From a virus, in IMG/VR virus record IMGVR_UViG_3300044641_005643: a DNA stretch of 64,000 nt; one strand, written 5' to 3'. The notes beneath the pieces were generated by a model. That model was not told the origin of the DNA. It was given only the letters and a program-made list of their open reading frames with translations, and made no database searches. Shown here piece by piece: positions 56,824 through 64,000 of this stretch. The stretch's first letter is position 1; every line of letters starts with the position of its first letter. The position numbers and the translations under genes are program-made.

Positions 56824-58091
56824 TGCAAAATTTAAAGTTAATTACAGACGAAAAAATTTATAGAACATGGAAAGGTGCAGATTGGCCCTCTTATGATGAT
56901 TTTGTTAATCAGAATTACATAGTAAGTGACACTATACAAAAAGAAATAGAAAACTTTATAGATGTCATTTCAAAAAAATACAAAGATTTAACTGAGGCAA
57001 GAACTGAAGAATTATCTATAGCAAATCAAAAAAGACAAGGTCAAATATTTTTTAATAAAAAATACAAAGGGAATACCTATTGCAGGATACCATGGGATAC
57101 CATTGGTATTAATGCAAATGGGAATGTTTATATTTGTCAAAGCCCGTCCTGGGTGCCAATTTTTGTAGGTAACATTCTAGAGACAAATGATATATTTGAA
57201 ATTTTAAATTCAGAAATAGCTAGGAAAATTAGATTTCAAATTCTTAATAAGACATACCACTATTGTAATAGTACAATATGCAGTTATTTTCAAAAAATAG
57301 ATAAAAATAGATATGAAACATTTCCTACTAACAAGGAAGATTTAGTCAAAAAAGATTTTGTTGATTCTCCAGAATTATACCTTGCTAATATACCTAAAGA
57401 AATTATTTTTGATTTTGACTACACATGTAATCTTAAATGTCCCAGTTGCAGAACAGAAAATATTAATTGGAATAATGATTACGTAATCAGACCAACAAAC
57501 AATAAGATAGTAAAAAAAATTAAAGAATTAATAATAGATAAAATAGATAATAGTTTGACTACTATTCGTTGGTGCGGAGGGGAACCTTTCATGAGCGAAG
57601 TTTATTTAGATCTACTCGATTACATATCGAATAGTAATAAAACTAATATACAGAATGTAATACAAACAAATGGAAGTTTGTTTCAAGCAAAAGAAAAGTT
57701 AGTTTTAAAATTATTACCTTATATTTCTACACTTCGTATTAGTTATGATGCTGGATGCGAAGAAACTTATAAATTAACAAGAGTTGGCGGAGATTGGAAA
57801 AGACTTTTAGAAAATACAAATTTTGTTTTAACGCTCATTAAAGACAATAATTTTAGAACTTCTGTTCAAGCAGATTTTGTAGTTCAAAAAAATAATTATA
57901 AAGATATTCCTGAATTTATTAGTATTTGTAAAAATTTTAATATTACTCCCAATTTACAAAAAATGTGGAATTGGGGCACATGGGATGATGAGATTTTTGA
58001 AGAACAAAATATTTATAACGTGAATCATTCTTTATATAACAATTTAAAACAAATTTTTGAAATAGTCAATATACCTATTGCAAAAAATTAA
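56823..58091 (+). CDS. Radical SAM protein, N-terminal SPASM/Twitch domain and WP leader
   Basis: CRIPW...YIC...CNSTIC, then CNLKCPSC, GGEP, QTNG. Confidence 0.9.
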   Translation: MQNLKLITDEKIYRTWKGADWPSYDDFVNQNYIVSDTIQKEIENFIDVISKKYKDLTEARTEELSIANQKRQGQIFFNKKYKGNTYCRIPWDTIGINANGNVYICQSPSWVPIFVGNILETNDIFEILNSEIARKIRFQILNKTYHYCNSTICSYFQKIDKNRYETFPTNKEDLVKKDFVDSPELYLANIPKEIIFDFDYTCNLKCPSCRTENINWNNDYVIRPTNNKIVKKIKELIIDKIDNSLTTIRWCGGEPFMSEVYLDLLDYISNSNKTNIQNVIQTNGSLFQAKEKLVLKLLPYISTLRISYDAGCEETYKLTRVGGDWKRLLENTNFVLTLIKDNNFRTSVQADFVVQKNNYKDIPEFISICKNFNITPNLQKMWNWGTWDDEIFEEQNIYNVNHSLYNNLKQIFEIVNIPIAKN

Positions 58092-58092
58092 T

Positions 58093-59388
58093 ATGAATAG
58101 ACCTGAAACACTTTGCATGGCACCCTGGACTCATACGTATCTTAGCCCACAAACAGAAAGGCGGATGTGCTGCGCTAGTCGCGAACCCGCACAAAACTTC
58201 GAACAGTATATTGATACAAAATCAGGCACAGGGCGATATATTCCTATTACGTTAGAAGAACATTGGAATGGGGAACATATGCGTTCAGTTCGCAGACGTA
58301 TGTTATCTGGAGAAATATTACCTGAATGTGAAGTTTGTAATAATAAGCTGTTAAATACAGACATTTACCGCAGTTATTTTAATTCTCTATTTGGACATAA
58401 GTACAAGCAAGTACTAGAACATACTGATGCGAGTGGTTATACTACTATGAAGCCGATCAGTTGGGACTACCGGTTCAGTAACTTATGTAATTTCAAATGC
58501 CGTATGTGCGGCGACATGTTGTCTAGTAGTTGGGAAAGTGAGCAACGACAAAACAACATGATCAATTGGTCAAATCCAAAGAACAATTGGATGCAACCTG
58601 AAATCAAGAAACAAATTGAACAGTTCCAGACTACTCAGATTGAAGCCGAGTTTGCAGCAGCAGTAGAGGACCACCGTGTAGAGGAAGTGTATTGGGTGGG
58701 AGGAGAACCGTTAATGTACGAACAACATTGGCGGTACATGCAGCGAATTATAGAACTGGGAGATGGACCACGTGTTTATGCTAGATACAATACTAATCTT
58801 AGCCGCATTGATTTTAGAGGTTGTAATCTTTATAGCGATATACTTGCTCATCTGCGCGACTGGCAAATCTGCGCAAGTATTGATGGTACAGGCCGAATTG
58901 GAGAATATATCCGAACAGGCCTTGATTATGAAACGTGGCTTGCAAACTTTAAGGCAGGAGTTGCATTTGCTCGCCACCGGCGACAAATGAGATTGGACTT
59001 CACACTTACCCTTCCGGGTATGTTTGAAGTGATCAAAATACAACGGTTAGCCAAGGAGTTAGGCGTTGATGTATTGGCCAAGGTTGTGTTTAGTTTTAGC
59101 CCGGACATAGTTATGTCACCTTTGGCTCTGCCTAGATCCGTTTTAGATTCCTGGCTAAATGAATTAATAGCCCAGATTGAAACAGGCACACTCAAAAACA
59201 TGTTAGTTCAACTCAAAACACGCCCTACCTTTCAAGAACAATATGGTAAGGATGCTTATTTTGAAGGGGTTGCTCGAGGCAAGTCTCGTATGTTACAATT
59301 AGAATCTATTCGTAGTCAATCTATAACTATGGATGAAATACTATCAAAGAGAGCTGATGTATATGAGTGGTGGACGGCCATCAATTAA
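58093..59388 (+). CDS. Radical SAM protein, N-terminal SPASM/Twitch domain
   Basis: CMAPW...MCC...CEVC, then CNFKCRMC, VGGEP, SIDG. ATG start 58093 just after the upstream stop. Confidence 0.9.
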   Translation: MNRPETLCMAPWTHTYLSPQTERRMCCASREPAQNFEQYIDTKSGTGRYIPITLEEHWNGEHMRSVRRRMLSGEILPECEVCNNKLLNTDIYRSYFNSLFGHKYKQVLEHTDASGYTTMKPISWDYRFSNLCNFKCRMCGDMLSSSWESEQRQNNMINWSNPKNNWMQPEIKKQIEQFQTTQIEAEFAAAVEDHRVEEVYWVGGEPLMYEQHWRYMQRIIELGDGPRVYARYNTNLSRIDFRGCNLYSDILAHLRDWQICASIDGTGRIGEYIRTGLDYETWLANFKAGVAFARHRRQMRLDFTLTLPGMFEVIKIQRLAKELGVDVLAKVVFSFSPDIVMSPLALPRSVLDSWLNELIAQIETGTLKNMLVQLKTRPTFQEQYGKDAYFEGVARGKSRMLQLESIRSQSITMDEILSKRADVYEWWTAIN

Positions 59389-60457
59389 AGTTGTACTTCG
59401 AAATCCTTTAAATTATAATGATAAAATTGATTACAATATATTACCTCACGACAACAGCCTTGCTCAAGATTGGATTGATGCCTTAAAACAGTTATTGAGA
59501 AATAAAAATTTAATAGAAAAAGATTTTTGTTTTTTAGGTTTTCCACATACAGCTCGTACCACTGAATATCTATGTAATGAACTTAATCAGGCAGTAAGCA
59601 CTATTAACAATTTTTTTAGTGATTATAAAATACACGATTACTTTACTCCAGATAATGTTTTGGCATATGATTATGCGCCAAATGGTCCTAATCATGAATT
59701 GTTAAATCAATTACATAATCATTTTGAAATACTACAAGGAACAGTATGGGAATTGAGTGATTACTATATTAGGGGAGATTACGAAACCAAATATGCTATC
59801 AGACAACTTAACACACTGTGTCACGAATTAGAATCCTTAATTTTAAGCAAAAGAAAATTTGCCACAATACCACAATGGGTAAGACCCAGTCAAATAACCA
59901 CTTTTATAAATGCCGCTCGATACGATTTAAAATTTACACATAGACAACTGTTTGCTATTAATGGATATGATAGAGTGTTAGGTGGAGTTTATATGCATTG
60001 GTCGCAAATTGGTAAAACATTATTTGAAGTATTTAGAGATGAAAATGCACCAGACCTAACAGAAACGGTGTGCCAAAGTATCACTGAATTAAAATATTAC
60101 AGTGGTGAATTTGACGTTGAATGGGGTAATAGTGTTGTTTATGGCAACAAAGATGTTTCGTGGCATACAGAAGAACAAAACAATTTTAGAGAGTGGTTGA
60201 GCAAGAATGGCAGAGATTATAAAGATGTTTCATTGAGTTGTGGTTATTTGCCAATTGGTCAAGTTGATTTACAAGGCAGTTTTGGTAACACAGATGGCGA
60301 AACAATATGGAAAATATTAGGCAATTATTTAGACATCTACAGCGTAGAAGTTGATGGTGTGACCAATATATTTGATTACAGTTGGGCCGATGCTGATTAT
60401 AAACAGATACAAATTAATAGGATGAAACCAGGATATGATTATAGTAGCCGGCGGTGA
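59363..60457 (+). CDS. Hypothetical protein within the modification cluster
   Basis: LNQLHNHFE, LNTLCHELE, W.QIGKT..E.F.D motifs. Start could be 59333, 59357 or 59363. Confidence 0.65.
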   Translation: MSGGRPSIKVVLRNPLNYNDKIDYNILPHDNSLAQDWIDALKQLLRNKNLIEKDFCFLGFPHTARTTEYLCNELNQAVSTINNFFSDYKIHDYFTPDNVLAYDYAPNGPNHELLNQLHNHFEILQGTVWELSDYYIRGDYETKYAIRQLNTLCHELESLILSKRKFATIPQWVRPSQITTFINAARYDLKFTHRQLFAINGYDRVLGGVYMHWSQIGKTLFEVFRDENAPDLTETVCQSITELKYYSGEFDVEWGNSVVYGNKDVSWHTEEQNNFREWLSKNGRDYKDVSLSCGYLPIGQVDLQGSFGNTDGETIWKILGNYLDIYSVEVDGVTNIFDYSWADADYKQIQINRMKPGYDYSSRR

Positions 60458-61274
60458 TAGTTTTGTATTTGGATCAGAATTAAAAGATCAATTTGGTATA
60501 GAGCCGAGTAAATTCACTTATCCTGCTTTATTAGCAAAGGAATGTAATTTTGAGTATAGGTGCATAGCCCGGCCAGGTAGCGCAAATAATGCTATTAGTA
60601 GATTAATAATTTCCGAGTGCGAAAAAATAAAAGAAAATAATATTGGCGTTATTGTAACTTGGACTTTTACACACCGTTACGAATTTAGATTTAATTACGA
60701 TACTCAACAAAGATACAGTCCTTGGTATAGCATAAACTCTTGGGTTACACTTGACGATCATGGTGAGATCTTGGACGAGTACCGCACTAAGAATTTATCT
60801 GAGTTAGAAATGCAAAAATCCTATTTTGAGCGAGCAAAAAAAATAGGAATATCTGATTTTGCAAAAACTTTTTATAAACATGTGGGTGCTAGCGAATATT
60901 ACGAATTATATACAAGTCTTAGAGAGATATTGTTCTTACAATTGTATTTTGAACAAAATAACATTCCTTATTTGTTTTTGCCAGCAGACAATCATTTTTT
61001 TGATCATCCAAATTATTATAGACAACGAGATGAGTATATAGATAGTTTATACAAACAAATAAAATGGAACCATTGGTTCTTTTTTGAATCAGGTACTCAA
61101 GCAAATGAAACTAAAGAACCAAGAGGTTTTTATCAATGGGCAATAGAAAATAAATATCCGGTAGGAGTAACACATCCGTTAGAAGCAGCTCATGCCGATG
61201 CTGCAAAATTAATTAAGGAAAAATTCAATGAACTGGTTAAAAAACCTTTGGAACAGAATTCAATTAGAAATTAA
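60435..61274 (+). CDS. SGNH/GDSL hydrolase-fold protein
   Basis: GDSFVFG block I, G.AN, C-terminal THPLEAAH. Confidence 0.75.
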   Translation: MIIVAGGDSFVFGSELKDQFGIEPSKFTYPALLAKECNFEYRCIARPGSANNAISRLIISECEKIKENNIGVIVTWTFTHRYEFRFNYDTQQRYSPWYSINSWVTLDDHGEILDEYRTKNLSELEMQKSYFERAKKIGISDFAKTFYKHVGASEYYELYTSLREILFLQLYFEQNNIPYLFLPADNHFFDHPNYYRQRDEYIDSLYKQIKWNHWFFFESGTQANETKEPRGFYQWAIENKYPVGVTHPLEAAHADAAKLIKEKFNELVKKPLEQNSIRN

Positions 61275-61329
61275 ATATAGACGAAAACTACGAGAATTAC
61301 GTAAACGAGATCCTTTTATCTATAAATGA
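61228..61329 (+). CDS. 33 aa basic micropeptide MNWLKNLWNRIQLEIKYRRKLRELRKRDPFIYK
   Basis: Below the ORF-track cutoff. AAGGA SD upstream. Fills the gap between the two SGNH genes and ends in an ATGA overlap with 61326. Confidence 0.7.
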   Translation: MNWLKNLWNRIQLEIKYRRKLRELRKRDPFIYK

Positions 61330-61973
61330 TTTATGCAATAGGAGACAGTTTCACATACGGTGATGAATTGTCATCACAGGATTTGGCTTGGCCGGCTTTG
61401 TTATCAAAAAAATTAGGTAATCAAGTTATTAATAAAGGCCGATCTGCTACTGGAAATCATCGCATGGTCAAACGAGCATTAGATGCGGTAATCAATAATG
61501 CCAACTGTATTATTATTGGTTGGAGCAACTGTAATAGACAAGAGTTTGCAGATGATATAGGAATTTATGATATATGGCCCGGAAGAGACTATAGAGCATT
61601 TCAGCTCGATGATCCCACACATCGTATTACTCAAATAAAGTATATGACAGCCTACCACACGCCAAAATATTATTATGCCAATTGGCTAAGACAGATTATT
61701 CTAATACAGAATTTGTGTAAATCAAATAGTATACCTTGTGTCATGTTTATTGCTTGCGGTGCGCATAATGATCACAAAAGTTATTCTAGTGAATTTCCTA
61801 AACTTGTAAATGCAATCGATCATTCTGTTTTTGTTGACAATATGTTCACAAGTGTTGCAGAATGGACCTGGGGCACACCACATGGACCTAACGATCATCC
61901 TTTAGAAGCCGGGCACGAAATAATAGCGCAAAAAATTTATGAACATATTAGGAATAAGTGCCGGATTCCATGA
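61326..61973 (+). CDS. SGNH/GDSL hydrolase-fold protein
   Basis: IGDSFTYG, N.G...TGN, C-terminal DHPLEAGH. Confidence 0.78.
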   Translation: MIYAIGDSFTYGDELSSQDLAWPALLSKKLGNQVINKGRSATGNHRMVKRALDAVINNANCIIIGWSNCNRQEFADDIGIYDIWPGRDYRAFQLDDPTHRITQIKYMTAYHTPKYYYANWLRQIILIQNLCKSNSIPCVMFIACGAHNDHKSYSSEFPKLVNAIDHSVFVDNMFTSVAEWTWGTPHGPNDHPLEAGHEIIAQKIYEHIRNKCRIP

Positions 61974-63417
61974 TGCCGCGGCCACAGTTATTAACACACA
62001 AGGCGATATACTTTTTGCTGGTCATAGCGAACGATACAGTAAAAAGAAAAATGATCAAAATTTTTGTCAAGGACTACTTGATGATGTTTTACCCTACGGT
62101 CCAGAAACGGTTGCATATTACGAACGACCTTGGAAAAAGCAATTACGCAGATTTTATTCAGGCGAAGGTGTCAATTGGAATTCGCTAACAGTTAAACAAA
62201 TTCTAAAACAACAACTAGGTGGTTGGATAGAACCTGACCGTGTTTGTAGTTTTAATCATCACCTAAGTCATGCAGCAGCGGGTTTTCAAACTAGCCCATA
62301 TGATCGTGCAACAGTGGTTGTTATTGATGCCATAGGTGAATGGGATACGATTAGCATATGGGGTGCAGAATATGATAGTAGAGGTTATGCACACTATAAA
62401 CGTCTATGGGGACAACGATATCCTCATAGTATAGGTTTATTTTATAGTGCAATGACCAAACGAGTGGGTCTCAAACCCAACGAAGATGAATATATTCTGA
62501 TGGGTATGAGTGCATATGGTCGTAATAGCTATGCGACCTCTTTACAAGATTTGTATGTTGATAACGAATGGACAGCTACATTTAAACAAAATTTGCATAT
62601 AGGCTCAGATGAAAAATTTATACCAGACATACATGACTCGGATTTAGCACAAGCTGCACAAAAAGTTTTAGAAAGATTAGTGTATAATATAATGCGTCGT
62701 GCTAGAGACTTTGCGTGGAGCACCAATCTAGTATACATGGGTGGCGTGGCCTTAAACTGTTTAGCAAATAGAAACTTAGGAGAGTATTTTGAAAACATTT
62801 GGATTATGCCTAATCCTGGTGATGCTGGTAGCAGCCTTGGTGCTGCCGCACTTGAATATGGGCGTCGTGTTAATTGGGTTAATGCTTATCTTGGTCACCG
62901 TATACCGGGACCATATCCCGTTACGCCTATTCTTGACGCTTTGTTATCTGACGGGATTTGCGGTGTTGCTAGCGGTCGCGCTGAGTTCGGGCCTCGTGCG
63001 TTAGGTAATAGAAGTCTATTGGCTGATCCAAGAGGACCCAATATAAAGGATAGAGTAAATGAAATCAAACGCAGACAAAAATTTAGACCCTTTGCCCCTG
63101 TCATACTGGAAGAGATGGCTGATCAGTATTTTATTTTCCGCAACGGGTGGCATAATAGCCGTTACATGCAGTCAGTCGCTCAGTGTAGGTATCCTAACCG
63201 TTTTCCTGCTATATGTCATTATGATGGCACCAGTAGAGTACAAACAGTTCCGCGAGATGATTCAGGAATCAGAGAACTGTTAGAAAAATGGTTCATGCTG
63301 ACCGATTGCCCTATGTTGCTAAACACAAGTTTAAACATAAAAGGTGAGCCTATGGTCAATGATAGAGCTGATGCAGATAGATTTGAAAGTAAATACCATG
63401 TACAGGTGTTTTCATGA
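61939..63417 (+). CDS. O-carbamoyltransferase (NodU/CmcH/TobZ family)
   Basis: ILGIS.GFHDAAA, HHLSHAA, GGVALNC, GDAG, EFGPRALGNRS, FRPFAP, DGTSRVQTV, LLNTSLN. Confidence 0.95.
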   Translation: MNILGISAGFHDAAATVINTQGDILFAGHSERYSKKKNDQNFCQGLLDDVLPYGPETVAYYERPWKKQLRRFYSGEGVNWNSLTVKQILKQQLGGWIEPDRVCSFNHHLSHAAAGFQTSPYDRATVVVIDAIGEWDTISIWGAEYDSRGYAHYKRLWGQRYPHSIGLFYSAMTKRVGLKPNEDEYILMGMSAYGRNSYATSLQDLYVDNEWTATFKQNLHIGSDEKFIPDIHDSDLAQAAQKVLERLVYNIMRRARDFAWSTNLVYMGGVALNCLANRNLGEYFENIWIMPNPGDAGSSLGAAALEYGRRVNWVNAYLGHRIPGPYPVTPILDALLSDGICGVASGRAEFGPRALGNRSLLADPRGPNIKDRVNEIKRRQKFRPFAPVILEEMADQYFIFRNGWHNSRYMQSVAQCRYPNRFPAICHYDGTSRVQTVPRDDSGIRELLEKWFMLTDCPMLLNTSLNIKGEPMVNDRADADRFESKYHVQVFS

Positions 63418-63845
63418 CAACTAGAATACTTATAATGGGGTTACCAGGTGCAGGAAAGACTACATTGGCCCTTAACTTACTCAATTACTTTAGTCCTGAT
63501 GTTCTTTGGCTTAATGCAGACGAAATTAGAAGAAAGTTTAATGATTGGGATTTTAGCTATAAAGGAAGAATTCGTCAAAGTCGGCGTATGCGAGAAATAG
63601 CAGATGTGTCAAATAGAGATTACATTATTGCAGATTTTGTTTGCCCACTTGAAGAAATGCGTGAAATCTTTGATCCTGATTTTCTAATATGGGTCGATAC
63701 AATCTCAGAAGGAAGATTTGAAGATACTAATCGAGCATTTGTACCACCTGATCAGTATGATGTTAGAGTAACAGAACAAGATGCAGATAAATGGGCAAAA
63801 ATAATTTATGAACAAATATCACATAAGATTCAATCACGAACATAA
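63414..63845 (+). CDS. Adenylylsulfate (APS) kinase-like P-loop protein
   Basis: GLPGAGKTT, LNADEIR, WDFS..GRIRQ, DFVCP. Shorter than CysC. Confidence 0.7.
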   Translation: MTTRILIMGLPGAGKTTLALNLLNYFSPDVLWLNADEIRRKFNDWDFSYKGRIRQSRRMREIADVSNRDYIIADFVCPLEEMREIFDPDFLIWVDTISEGRFEDTNRAFVPPDQYDVRVTEQDADKWAKIIYEQISHKIQSRT

Positions 63846-63999
63846 CGGCACTGGCCTAGTATGGAGAGTGTTTGAAAATGGTGTTGAACATTTGGTAAAA
63901 CATTTAAATATTCAGGTACCAATGTCTGATGCCATAACTTACGAAAATGATATTGAAAAATTTAATGTATATTGTGAAGGATTTTTAAATATACAGAGC
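63808..63999 (+). CDS. Hypothetical protein (partial, runs off the window)
   Basis: Manual translation MNKYHIRFNHEHNGTGLVWRVFENGVEHLVK..., open to the window end. Confidence 0.6.
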   Translation, partial: MNKYHIRFNHEHNGTGLVWRVFENGVEHLVKHLNIQVPMSDAITYENDIEKFNVYCEGFLNIQS

Positions 64000-64000
64000 A

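Noticed and set aside
50331-59388. RiPP maturation, MoaA/PqqE cofactor synthesis or QueE 7-deazaguanine pathway
   Set aside because: No RRE domain, convincing precursor, peptidase, transporter, moa/pqq genes or folE/queCD/dpdA in the window. The context is glycosyltransferases. Not excluded for the rest of the genome.
10145-63845. Saxitoxin-like cluster (amidinotransferase, carbamoyltransferase, GDSL, APS kinase, dioxygenase)
   Set aside because: There is no SxtA-type PKS or other core genes, the genes sit at two loci, and these families are generic sugar-tailoring enzymes.
1-64000. Stop-codon recoding, CRISPR array, DGR, introns or inteins, IS elements
   Set aside because: Genes are full length in code 11. 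I saw no spaced repeats, reverse transcriptase, homing endonuclease, transposase or intein motifs by eye.

Overview
This is a 64 kb segment of a large T4-like (myovirus-type, probably jumbo) dsDNA phage genome using the standard genetic code. I found no tRNA, rRNA, CRISPR array or IS. In order it carries: (1) a partial gp20-like portal, a probable tape measure, and a divergent gp26/gp51-like pair joined by a -1 slippery site; (2) a ~410 nt highly structured non-coding region; (3) a minus-strand block (Holliday junction resolvase, gp46, gp47, gp55 late sigma) interrupted by AT-rich islands of modification enzymes (2 radical SAM, amidinotransferase, 2OG-oxygenase, minimal DegT aminotransferase, GT-like); (4) a baseplate/tail-fibre module including a 4896 aa protein; (5) a ~17 kb tailoring cluster of 3 glycosyltransferases, 7 tandem radical SAM enzymes with N-terminal SPASM/Twitch-like domains, 2 SGNH proteins, a micropeptide, a carbamoyltransferase and an APS-kinase-like protein. 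The best candidate for a new system is a phage-encoded glycan assembly and tailoring line, which may decorate the [A/G/S]-Asn-rich distal virion proteins encoded next to it. All calls come from reading motifs by eye. No database search or folding was run.
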